Shown: positions 51,573 through 62,796 of the stretch, one piece after another
How positions within the stretch are numbered: the stretch's first letter is position 1
Layout of the letters: the number at the start of each line of letters is the position of its first letter
Source: Octopus sinensis
Lineage: Eukaryota
Assembly (NCBI RefSeq): GCF_006345805.1
Contig: NW_021830462.1
Location: 1,540 to 65,539, forward strand
DNA: 64,000 nucleotides
Reading direction: 5' to 3'
The notes under the pieces: model-generated
What the model was told of the DNA's origin: nothing
Seen by the model: the letters and a program-made list of their open reading frames with translations, nothing else
Databases searched by the model: none
Program-made: the position numbers and the translations under genes

Positions 51573-51837
51573 CGCAATTTTTACAAACAGATATATTGGT
51601 ATTATGCTGATATAAAAGTATAATATCCCAAAAATACGTAAACACAATCATACACACAGATAGAAGAAGTACGCTTGAAGATAATTAAACGTAATGGTAG
51701 AGAGAAGAAGCAATAATACATAAAACGCTGAGATGAGACAGGTGAACAAATATTAAATGTATTGCTAAAAATGCTTAAATACATATACACACATACAAAA
51801 ATGAAGAAAAGATATACACACACATTTTTGTTTTTTA

Positions 51838-52246
51838 CGTGTTTCAGTCATTTGACTGCGGCCATGCTGGAGCACCGCCTTTAATCGAGCAACTCGACCC
51901 CGGGGCTTATTCTTTGTAAGCCCAGTACTTATTCTATCGGTCTTTTTTTGCAAAGTGACGGGGACATAAACACACCAGCATTGGTTGTCAAGCAATGCTA
52001 GGGGGACAAACACAGATACACAAACACACACACATACATACATATATATACATATATATATATATATATGTATATACATATATACGACGGGCTTCTTTCA
52101 GTTTCCGTCTACCAAATCCACTCACAAGGCTTTGGTCGGCCCGAGGCTAAAGTAGAAGACACTTGCCCAAGGTGCCACGCGGTGGGACTGAACCCGGAAC
52201 CATGTGGTTGGTTAGCAAGCTACTTACCACACAGCCACTCCTGCGC
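51838..52246 (-). mobile_element. SINE family A
   Basis: Matches consensus. Confidence 0.9.
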
Positions 52247-52478
52247 CACACACATAAGTACGTTTAACGGCCATTGTACGTATAGTGAGAAGAAACATGA
52301 AAACATGGGTAGTAAAAGGTAAGACAAATCAGGAAAAAGTAATCTGACGCAACTATGTCTCATGTGGGAAAGAATAATCAAGTTAGACTCATATACATAG
52401 GTACAAAAATTGTATGCTAAGAAACTAACCAACTGCTTTTACCAAAATCACTGGCTAATCCTATTATTTGATATATAT

Positions 52479-52534
52479 ATCTGCAAGCTCATCAGCATAG
52501 TCTGTCGACAGACTATGCTGATGAGCTTGCAGAT
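52479..52534. repeat. Perfect 56-bp palindrome centred on GTCGAC
   Basis: atctgcaagctcatcagcatagtctgtc|gacagactatgctgatgagcttgcagat. Confidence 0.95.
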
Positions 52535-52587
52535 TTTCGCGTACGCATATACGTGAATATTAACAAGTGAAACTGATCGGTACATAG
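52513..52587 (+). ncRNA. Type-I hammerhead ribozyme candidate, canonical core
   Basis: cuaug-CUGAUGA-GCUUG[...uucgcgua/uacgugaa...]CAAGU-GAAAC-UGAUCG-GUA-cauag. Confidence 0.8.
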
Positions 52588-52938
52588 GTAATCGTTTTTG
52601 ATTTCGTATATTTTCATTTGTCTTGCTTATTTTTTACACTTTGGTTTTGTGCTGAGTTTTTTCTTGAGAACACATTCTTCGTGGAAAATAGCGATTTTGA
52701 CGTCTATATCTAGCATATTGACTGTCCACTTTTAGTGGTTGGTCCTTTAAATTTTATATATATATATATATATATAGGTAAGAAAGTTGGTATGTGAAAG
52801 CACGTGGTTGAATATATAGAAAATAGTAAAAAGTGAAAAAACTACAGAAGGCTTGTTTTAAAAGGTTAAAAAATATATATTTGAGTCAATATGTCTGAAG
52901 AATGTTATAAATTTTTTTCATACAATGACATAGTTTAG

Positions 52939-52978
52939 AAGAAATGACCGGTTTCGCGTTCAGCTTTTCAAATTTCTT
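52939..52978 (-). ncRNA. Minimal type-I hammerhead candidate with U3-A8 covariant core
   Basis: aagaaau-UUGAAAA-GC-ugaac-GC-GAAAC-CG-GUC-auuucuu; 7-bp stem I; lies inside a roughly 62-bp inverted repeat (52815-52878/52987-53047). Confidence 0.65.
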
Positions 52979-53039
52979 AAATCGTTATTTTTTAACCTTT
53001 TAAAACAAGCCTTCTGTAGTTTTTTCACTTTTTACTATT

Positions 53040-53091
<52 letters not shown>

Positions 53092-53096
<5 letters not shown>

Positions 53097-53746
53097 AAAT
53101 ATTGAATTTTTAAATCTCTCGTAGAGACATGTACGGTGGTGGGGCGATAGAATGGTTGTATACTGTCAATCTAACAAGAACGTGACAGTAGGGGGTATAT
53201 ATATATATATAGAATGGCTGTATACTGTCAATCTAACAAGAACGTGACAGTAGGGGGTACACCACCGCTGTATAGCCCTAGGAAGCATCGAACGCCTCCT
53301 GATAGCTTTGAAACATTTTCCCCCTGTGTCCTTATATAGACATACGAAGGGGAGACAAACACCCCCGGCTGCCGGAACTGCATCTAGGGACACCGTGTTT
53401 CAGGATCGTTGTCCTTCGTCGGGCTAGAGTAGCAGACACCGGTCAGCAGGTGATATTTGTCTCGACTTCGTAATTCTATATATTTTTATTCAGTGAAGTT
53501 TATTCACTGATTATCAAAATAAGAAATATTGAATTTCTAAATCTCTCGTAGAGACATGTACGGTGGTGGGGCGATAGAATGGTTGTATACTGTCAATCTA
53601 ACAAGAACGTGACAGTCGTATGTCTATATAAGGACACAGGGAAAAAATGTGTCAAAGCTATCAGGAGGCGTTCGATGCTTCCTAGGGCTATACAGCGGTG
53701 GTGTACCCCCTACTGTCACGTTCTTGTTAGATTGACAGTATACAAC

Positions 53747-53760
<14 letters not shown>
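53092..53760. mobile_element. PLE-type pseudo-LTR-like structure: about 105-bp direct repeat (53092, 53519) plus about 140-bp inverted repeat (53207-53347/53617-53755) between (TA)n tracts
   Basis: Repeats read directly; contains a hammerhead. Confidence 0.7.
53384..53427 (-). ncRNA. Type-I hammerhead candidate with C4 core
   Basis: cuagc-CCGACGA-AGGA-caacga-UCCU-GAAAC-ACGGU-GUC-ccuag. Confidence 0.6.
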
Positions 53761-53824
<64 letters not shown>

Positions 53825-53881
53825 TAATAATAATATGACAACAAAAGAGACATCGATATTATGTAAATAGAGGAATTTATC

Positions 53882-53955
<74 letters not shown>

Positions 53956-53956
53956 G

Positions 53957-54036
<80 letters not shown>

Positions 54037-54159
54037 TGACTGAAGATTGAAGGCTTCGAATGTCCCGTCCGTGCTTTTGTATCGTCTTCTAAATGTTTTG
54101 CGTTCTTGTCCCAGTTTGTATTTTTACATATATATATTTTTTTCATAGGTTTTTCTTTT

Positions 54160-54206
54160 ACTAACTGATGAGGATGTCTTTGGCATCTGAAACCCTGAGT
54201 ATTATT
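54160..54206 (+). ncRNA. Degenerate minimal type-I hammerhead candidate
   Basis: cuaa-CUGAUGA-GGAUGUC-uuu-GGCAUCU-GAAAC-ccuga-GUA-uuau. Confidence 0.5.
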
Positions 54207-54226
54207 ATGACAACTAATTGATTGTC

Positions 54227-54290
<64 letters not shown>

Positions 54291-54829
54291 AATTCACAAA
54301 TAAATTATATATTCACCAATGCGGTGTTGAGCACTCATTTCATCATTCGACATTTATATGTGTGTGTGTGTGCGTGTGTATTTATATGTATATAGTTTCG
54401 TTATATCTTGTTAAGAACGTAGTAGAGTACAGTATAAAGCTCGTCCACCTTTAGATTTCATCCTGTGCTATCCACAATGCAGGGAAACGGTTACATAACC
54501 AAATGCCTGCAAGTCTGAAGAAATACATTGCATAGAAACAATTGTAGTGATTGCAAATAAATGTCCAACCGTACACCTTGTTAATTCCAACTTTTTTAAT
54601 CACACACACACACACACACACACATGTATATACGCTAATAGTGAACAATGAAAAATGAGTGCTCAAAACTGCATGGGTGGATTGGGGGGGGGTAACACGT
54701 GTACCAACACTTGCATGTGGTACGTTTGAACAATTGTGAAAATCTCTTCATATGAAACCATTGGTTGCCTTGTTAAACCACAAATTAAGTGTGTGTGTGT
54801 GAGTGTGTAGTGCCGGAAAGTGTGAATAT

Positions 54830-55390
54830 AGAGAGTACACTGGCTAGTCAGAATGTGACCAGCCTCTGCATAAATATCCACCATGATTTAGTAGTCCTAG
54901 AATTCTTGCTTTTAAAAAATACCTGCCCTGAATGCAAGATACATTTCCAAAACTTTATACTAGAAGGATCATTATTGGTGCTAGAAAATAACAAGTTCTT
55001 CGATAATAAATATTACCTTCAAATAAAAGGAACGGCAATGGGTACTCATGTTGCACCCATATATGGAACATTAGTAATGGGATTCCTTGAGGAAAAAAAT
55101 CTATGCTCATTCTGAGATTATTTCTGATTAGCATTCTCTATCGTATTTAAAAGAATATTGGAAAATATTTCTGGATGACTGCTTTATATTCTGGAAAAGA
55201 AGTAAGGACGACTTTGCAAGATTCCTTAAATTAATGTATTGCATTAATGAATGGAAATGAATGAAAGGGACTTCCTTTTGGGGGCATTCTGATAATTAAG
55301 AATGAAACTCTTACTACAGATATCTACTGCAAGGATACGGACACACATAAATACATAGATTTTAGAATTTGCCACCCACCTCATATCATG
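54830..55390 (+). mobile_element. Penelope-like element reverse transcriptase fragment (frameshifted)
   Basis: NVTSLCINIHH...LENNKFFDNKYYLQIKGTAMGTHVAPIYGTLVMGFLEE, then YWKIFLDDCFIFW, then TTDIYCKDTDTHKYIDF..CHP. Confidence 0.85.
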
Positions 55391-55499
55391 TATATTGATG
55401 TTAGTTTTTCTGAAGTTAAAATCAAGTGTGATGAAATCATACTTTAAATCTGTGGATCTTTGTTCATATCACTGGTATTCCTCATTAATAATGTGAGAT

Positions 55500-55660
55500 A
55501 TTACTTCCTGGGTTCAAATTTCACTGAAGTTGACTTTGCCTTTCACTCTTTTGGGGTCGATAAAATAAGTACCAGTTGAGTACTGGGGTCGATGTAATCA
55601 ACTTAGCCCTCTCACTCGAACTTGCTAGCCTCGTGTCATAATTTAAAATCAATAATATGA
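55500..55660 (+). mobile_element. Old D-type SINE fragment
   Basis: gttgactttgcctttcactcttttggggtcgataaaataagtaccag. Confidence 0.7.
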
Positions 55661-55721
55661 GATATTCGCTACAGTGACTTACCTGACAACAGTTCAAATA
55701 TTGTTTTACATTCACACACAT

Positions 55722-56070
55722 AGGCGCAGGAGTGGCTGTGTGGTAAGTAGCTTGCTAACCAACCACATGGTTCGGAGTTCAGTCCCACTGCGTGGCATCT
55801 TGGGCAAGTGTCTTCTGCTATAGCCCCGGGCCGACCAATATATATATATATATATGTTTGTGTGTGTTTGTGTGTCTGTGTTTGTCTCCCTAGCATTGCT
55901 TGACAACCGATGCTGGTGTGTTTACGTCCCCGTCACTTAGCGGTTCGGCAAAAGGGACCGATAGAATAAGTACTGGGCTCACAAAAGAATAAGTCCCGGG
56001 GTCGAATTGCTCGATTAAAGGCGGTGCTCCAGCATGGCCGCAGTCAAAATGACTGAAACAAGAGATAAAG
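55722..56070 (+). mobile_element. SINE family A with internal deletion
   Basis: Lacks the gccttgtgag...gaagcc block. Confidence 0.88.
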
Positions 56071-56144
56071 AAAAAGAGAAAGTGATATTGTGTGATTTGA
56101 AGGATGTATGGATGTTATGTATATAACAGGTAAAAAATAGAAAG

Positions 56145-56177
<33 letters not shown>

Positions 56178-56384
56178 TAGTAGTAGTAGTAGTCATGATG
56201 GCTGTGGTAGGATAGTGTAGTAGGTGTAAGAGTGATGGTCATAGCTGGGGTATGATCAGTCATGGTGCAGGTTGTTCATTTTCAGTTATATACTTAAGGG
56301 TCGATAGTTCTAAATCTTTTAGCGTCATATAAGCTGTAAGCTGGCATATATCTTTCCTTTGATCTTATACAGGATAATGTCATT

Positions 56385-56792
56385 CTCTTTACTCTCTTTA
56401 CCTTGTTTCAGTCATTTGACTGCGGCCATGCTGGAGCACCGCCTTTAGTCGAGCAAATCGACCCGGGGACTTATTCTTTGTAAGCCCAGTACTTATTCTA
56501 TCGGTCTCATTTTTGCCGAACCGCTAAGTGACGGGGACGTAAACACACCAGCATCGGTTGTCAAGCAATGCTAGGGAGACAAACACAGACACACAAACAC
56601 ACACACAAATATATATATACATATATACGACAGGCTTCTTTCAGTTTCCGTCTACCAAATCCACTCACAAGGCATCGGTCGGCCCGGGGCTATAGCAGAA
56701 GACACTTGCCCAAGATGCCACGCAGTGGGACTGAACCCGGAACCATGTGGTTGGTTAGCAAGCTACTTACCACACAGCCACTCCTGCGCCTA
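56385..56792 (-). mobile_element. SINE family A
   Basis: Matches consensus. Confidence 0.9.
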
Positions 56793-57020
56793 TTGTTAGC
56801 AAATAATTTTCAGTTTATTACAATTTTAATGTTAGAGGCGGAGATATTGTGACATATTTTGCTTCTTGTCTTAAATGCACTCCCAAAATGTTGACTAAAG
56901 CTAAGACAAGTCTTTAGTGATCGAGACTGCATTTAAATGTTTACGACCCCATACAAACATATGAATTATGGAACCCTCTTGAAAACTCTAGCTACAAGCA
57001 TGGTATATTTGTAAGGCGTT

Positions 57021-57412
57021 GGAGGCGCAATGGCCCAGTGGTTAGGGCAGCGGTCTCGCGGTCATAGGATCGCGGTTTCGATTCCCAGACCGGGCGTTGT
57101 GAGTGTTTATTGAGCGAAAACACCTAAAAAAGCTCCACGAGGCTCCGGCAGGGATGGTGGTGATCCCTGCTGTACTCTTTCACCACAACTCTCTCTCACT
57201 CTTACTTCCTGTTTCTGTTGTACCTGTATTTCAAAGGGCCGGCCTTGTCACTCTCTGTGTCACACTGAATATCCCCGAGAACTACGTTAAGGGTACACGT
57301 GTCTGTGGAGTGCTCAGCCACTTACACGTTAATTTCACGAGCAGGCTGTTCCGCTGATCGGATCAACCGGAACCCTCGTCGTCGGAACCGACGTAGTGCT
57401 TCCATTCATTCA
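57021..57412 (+). mobile_element. SINE family B; TSD TTTGT(A/T)AGGCGTT
   Basis: TSD at 57008-57020 and 57413-57425. Confidence 0.92.
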
Positions 57413-57656
57413 TTTGTTAGGCGTTATGTTTGTTTGGGTGTTCTTGTGGAACAGCAGAATCCACAAGAACACCCAGAGATAATTAGTGAACTCCCTAGCG
57501 CTGTAAAGAATGTAAGAGAAGTTCAAGTGGATAAAATAATTTTCTAGAAAGCGGAGAAACCTTAGAGGAAGAACCTAAGGTCGATGTAATCAACCATCCC
57601 TTTCTCCTAAAATTGCTGGCTTTGTGCTAAAAACTGAAATCATTATTCTGCACATA

Positions 57657-58162
57657 CCGTAAATCCTCGAGTATAGTCCGCCCTTGAGTATAATACGCAG
57701 GGGATTTTTAGGGGGGTGTACCTCTGATAAACCTAAACTTTGTGTATAATACGCACCCCTTCTCTAACTTAAGTCGTGCGTAATTAAGCCAGCAGCACCT
57801 AGTCGAACAAACATTTCCGCGCATGCGTAATACAATAATGGTGATGTTCTTAACTGTTATATGGGAATGTAAATATGTTTACAAATTGTTTTTGTTACAT
57901 GTTATTCTGTGTTCTGAATACTTTTATTTTAATAAATGTTGCTTACTGCAAGTTATGGATGATTCTTTTATGATTTCATTGCTTTCAGGCTTAGCTTAAG
58001 GTATTTTCGCGCCCGACATCTCAAAATGCGTCTGAATAAACATTGAGACTCGGACATTGCTTAGAAATTATTTTTCATTTTTAACTTAGTATATAGTACG
58101 CACTAGGTATTTTGACCTTTAAATTTTGCGGGAAAATGCGGATTATACTCGAGGATTTACGG
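57657..58162. mobile_element. Tc1/mariner superfamily (Tc2/pogo-like) MITE
   Basis: TIR ccgtaaatcctcgagtata(g/a)tccgc; TA TSD. Confidence 0.85.
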
Positions 58163-58365
58163 TAATCACAAATATATTACCGATGTTTTGTAAGACGGTT
58201 GATTATGGGTGTAATTTGCAGATATGGTCGCAATTTCTTCCAGATTTTAGATGCACACGATATCATTACTCTTGGTTACAATACGAGTTTAGTAAAAGAT
58301 GAGTAATGAATTTTCAAATACAGGGGTGGCGGTAGAGTGGAGACAGTAAAAAAGGCAGAGAAAGC

Positions 58366-58403
<38 letters not shown>

Positions 58404-58959
58404 TGGTGATGTGACGGATGCGTATGTGTCGTCATTAGCTCTAGTTATGAGTACTTGTGTGAGGTAATGAGCAATGAAGTGGAGTAGATGTGGAGTGAAA
58501 GTAAAGCAACTGTAAAATGTTCATGCTGTAGTGGTTGTTGTTGTTGTGGTGTAGGTGGTGGTGGTTGCAGTTGTAGTTAGTGATAGCGTTGTTGTTGGTG
58601 GTAGTGGAATTTTTTCGTGCATGTATTGGTATTAATGGTAATCATTAGAAACGGCAAAGAAAGAGAAAGGAGGGGAATTAGAAAATAGGCTGGGTAGAAA
58701 AGGGGGTTGTACAGAAGATGATGGAACGTAGGTTGCAGTGTTGGTGGAGGTGTGAAAGGATCAAGAGGGGTGGTGGTGGTGGTGTGGTGGTGGTGAGGTG
58801 AGTTGAGGAAGTAGTGGTGGTGGTATTAGTTGTAGGTGTTGCGAAACAACATTGCTGGTAGGGGTTAAGATATGACAGGGTCAAGAAAAGGAGGACAAAG
58901 AAGATAGCGACGAAAAAGAAAAGAGGAAAGAAAGGAAAAAAAATGAGTTTTAGTATTGG

Positions 58960-59171
58960 TGATGTAGTGATGGCGGTAGTAGTGGAAGGGGTGTTGAGGT
59001 GGTGATGTGTTACCAGTAATGGTGACGGCGGCGGCGGTGGTGGTGGTGGTGATGGTGGTGGTAACAGTAATAGTGGTAATAGTTTGGGGAGGTTGGAATA
59101 ATAATGGTGGTAGTAGAGGTGATGATGGCGGGGATGATGGTAGCAGCAGCAGCAGCAGTAGCAACAGCAGC

Positions 59172-59235
<64 letters not shown>

Positions 59236-59393
59236 ATAGTAGTAGTAGTAGTAGTGGTGGTGGTGGTGGTGGTGGTGGTGGTGGTGGTGGTGGTGGTGGT
59301 AACAGTAATAGTGGTAATAGTTTGGGGAGGTTGGAATAATAATGGTGGTAGCAGTGGTGATGATGGCGGGGGGATGTTGGTAGCAGCAGCAGC

Positions 59394-59438
<45 letters not shown>

Positions 59439-59480
59439 GGTGGTGGTGGTGGTGGTGGTGGTGGTGGTGGTGGTGATGCT
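58960..59480. repeat. (GGT)n/(AGT)n/(AGC)n compound array with a duplicated unit of about 237 bp
   Basis: aacagtaatagtggtaatagtttggggaggttggaat at about 59063 and 59301. Confidence 0.9.
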
Positions 59481-59771
59481 ATTATGAGGGCAGTAACAGT
59501 AGCCTTTGCCTTTACTTTCACTTTCACTTTCTCCCTTCTTTCGGTTTTGCCCCCTTCTGCATTACTCTTTCTTTCTTTCTCATCTTCTTTTTGTTTGTTC
59601 CACTCTTATTTTTTTACTTTTATTCTCTCTACCTTTTTCCTTTCTACCCTGCATATTTATTTTTTTATCAATTAGAAAATTGATTGATATAAAGCTAACT
59701 GTGAAGGATGAGCAAACGCTTTTGTGTTTGTATGTGTTTTGCATATATACATGTGTATGTATATGCGAACA

Positions 59772-59938
59772 TAGGCGCAGGAGTGGCTGTGTGGTAAGTA
59801 GCTTGCTAATCAACCACATGGTTCCGGGTTCAGTCCCACTGCGTGGCATCTTGGGCAAGTGTCTTCTGCTATAGCCCCGGGCCGACCAATGCCTTGTGAG
59901 TGGATTTGGTAGACGGAAACTGAAAGAAGCCTGTCGTC

Positions 59939-59975
<37 letters not shown>
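59772..59975 (+). mobile_element. SINE family A 5' half, ending at its internal (TA)n
   Basis: Matches consensus up to the microsatellite. Confidence 0.88.
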
Positions 59976-59978
<3 letters not shown>

Positions 59979-60011
59979 CGATACAGACGCCTCGTGTATA
60001 TTTGTCCTCCA

Positions 60012-60110
60012 GGTTTTTCTGATGAAGTGTAACCTATGTAGATTGGCTTATTTAATTTAATTAAGCTATTTAATCATTAATGACACAGAAACGTTGCAAC
60101 GTCTAAAAGA
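60012..60110 (+). ncRNA. Type-I hammerhead candidate, long stem II, 12-nt palindromic stem III
   Basis: uuuuu-CUGAUGA-AGUGU[...]ACACA-GAAAC-GUUGCAAC-GUC-uaaaa; first stem I pair mismatched. Confidence 0.5.
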
Positions 60111-60228
60111 TAATTGGGGTAAATGTTTTTTAATATTCACCTAATTTCTGAATTACTACTACTTGGCGGTGTGAGTTATGGCTGCTCTTTCTGGTGGACG
60201 AATGACCTGTTAGGGTCACTCCTAATTG

Positions 60229-60307
<79 letters not shown>

Positions 60308-60325
60308 AATATATATATATATATA

Positions 60326-60365
<40 letters not shown>

Positions 60366-60469
60366 TATATATATATAGTTAATCCAAACATGAAAGCACA
60401 AAAAAAAACACAACAACGCGAGGACGTGGATTAAATATAGTATTATTGGACGCTCAGGAAAGAAGGAGG

Positions 60470-60504
60470 GTTTAACGTTTCGAGCGGAGCTCTTCGTCGG
60501 AAAC
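60470..60504 (-). ncRNA. Minimal type-I hammerhead candidate with C4 core in a PLE-like end (60377-60580)
   Basis: guuu-CCGACGA-A-GAGC-ucc-GCUC-GAAAC-GUU-aaac. Confidence 0.6.
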
Positions 60505-60589
60505 ATAGGAGAAGGAAAGATCCAGAGACGGGAAGACAGAGGAAAAAAAATCGCCAACGGTACACACGCGGCCACATTTTGATATATAT

Positions 60590-60629
<40 letters not shown>

Positions 60630-60910
60630 TGTGTCTGTGTCTGTGTCTGTGTTTGTACCCCCAATATCGCTTGATTTATACCTTATTTTGCATTATGTAT
60701 GTATTTTCATGCATATAGTTGCATATCTAGACTATGTATGTATGTACTTACGTATGTATGTATATATTTACGTATGTATATATGTATGAGTGCATGCATG
60801 TGTACGTATATATCAGCATGTATGCATGGGTGTATATGTATGTAACATATGGTATAATTATAAACAGGGCAAATCTTTAGCCATTTCGCCGCAGACAGAA
60901 AAAAAATGAA

Positions 60911-60956
60911 CACCCTTAATCGATTTTCGAACCTTAGTGGGTTATCATCAGAGGCG
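60911..60956 (-). ncRNA. Minimal type-I hammerhead candidate (copy 1 of a roughly 140-bp repeat)
   Basis: ccu-CUGAUGA-UAACC-cacuaa-GGUUC-GAAA-AUCGAU-UA-agg; palindrome AAUCGAUU. Confidence 0.55.
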
Positions 60957-61159
60957 CCTACATCATTCTGACAGTCTCCAGAGGAACAAGCAGCCAAATT
61001 GTTTATATACTCAACAAATGCACCAGTTATGCACCAGTTACTCTATGAAGGAATCCCTAATTTGTTTACCGAAAATATTCAACACTCTATAAATACCAGC
61101 GGCCTGTCAACTTGGATCTTAGTCCACACACTATCAAGGTTAGATTATAATATATATAC

Positions 61160-61386
61160 TCTTTTTACTCTTTACTCTTTTACTTGTTTCAGTCATTTGA
61201 CTGCGGCCATGCTGGAGCACCACCTTTAGTCGAGCAACTCGACCCCGGGACTTATTCTTTTTGTAAGCCCAGTACTTATTCTATCGGTCTCTTTTTGCCG
61301 AACCGCTAAGTGACGGGGACGTAAACACACCAGCATCGGTTGTCAAGCAATGCTAGGGGAACAAACACAGACACACAAACACCACA

Positions 61387-61458
<72 letters not shown>

Positions 61459-61597
61459 ACTACGGCTTCTTTCGTTCAGTTTCCGTCTACCAAATCCACT
61501 CACAAGGCATTGGTCGGCCGGGCTATAGCAGAAGACACTTGCCCAAATGCCACGCAGTGGGACTGAACCCGGAACCATGTGGCTGGTTAGCAAGCTA
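61160..61597 (-). mobile_element. SINE family A
   Basis: Matches consensus. Confidence 0.88.
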
Positions 61598-61625
61598 TTT
61601 ATCCTTAGACTGAAGAAATGATGAA

Positions 61626-61671
61626 CAACCTTATTCGATTTTCGAACCTTATTGAGTTCTCATCAGAGGAG
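61626..61671 (-). ncRNA. Minimal type-I hammerhead candidate (copy 2)
   Basis: ccu-CUGAUGA-GAAC-ucaauaag-GUUC-GAAA-AUCGAA-UA-agg. Confidence 0.55.
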
Positions 61672-62796
61672 TCTATTGTATTCTGACAGTCTCCAGAGAA
61701 ACAAGCAGACAAACTGTTTATATACTCAACAAATGCAGCAGTTACTCTACGAAATATGTATGTATGCCTGCATGTATGGGTGAGTATGTATTTAAATATG
61801 TGGTATATGGGTTGTTGGTACCCTTTATCTTTGACTTGTTTCAGGCATTAGACTGTGGCCACGCTGCGGCATCACTTTGAAGAATGAATCGACCCTAGTA
61901 CCTTTTTTTAAGCCTGGTACTTATTCTGTCGATCTCTTTTTGCCGAATTGCTAAGACTGTTGACTGGTAGACGGACAGATAATAATGAATAGGTAATGGT
62001 TTGTGACGGGGGCAGCTTTGATGTGGTGAGATAAGTGACGATTGACGATGGTGGTGATGGTAACGCTGCTTGAGGTAGGGGTGTCAGAGATAATGCTGCT
62101 GTTAGTATGTGTGTGTGGGGGGAGGTTGAGGACAAATGTTGTGATGGTGATAGAGTTGTATGCGGTGATGTTGGTGGTGGTAGTGGTGGTGGTAGTGGTG
62201 GTTGTGGTGGTGGTGGTGGTGGTTGTGGTGGTGGTGGTGGTGGTAGTGGTAGTGGTGGTGGTGGTGGTGGTGGTGGTCGTGGTGATGGCAATGATCATGA
62301 TGTGAGGCGACAGCGGTGGTACTTCTGATGTCAGAGTGGCTGTGGTGGTAATGATGGTGGTGGAGGTTGTGTGATGATGGTTTATATGGTGATGTGATGG
62401 TGGTGGTAATGGTAAAGGTAAAAATGATGGTGAGGAGGTAGAGAGAGTATCTTGTGGTGGTGAAGATGGTGGTGTATGTGGTGATGTCGTGAGTGAGTGT
62501 GATGTAATGATGATGTTGCAAGTGGAGATGCTGATGGTGATGACGATGGAGAGATTACGTAGTGATGGTGGTGGAGTTGGTGGTGATGTTGAAGGTGGGA
62601 TGTGTAAACAATGATGACGTTTGGGTCAGTGATGGTGGTTGTAGCTGTGGTCATGATGAAGGTGTTATTAGTAACACCTGTGATTGCAATGCTGGCAAAG
62701 GAGGGGAGGTGATACACGTGGTAGTAGGTGTGGCAGCAATGGTGTTAGTAGTGAAATGGTTGTGGTTGTGGTACCTGTTGTATTGGTGTTGATGGT

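Noticed and set aside
54036-54066. CTGAAGA...TTCGAATGTC as an HHR
   Set aside because: GAAA is not intact and stems I and III do not form.
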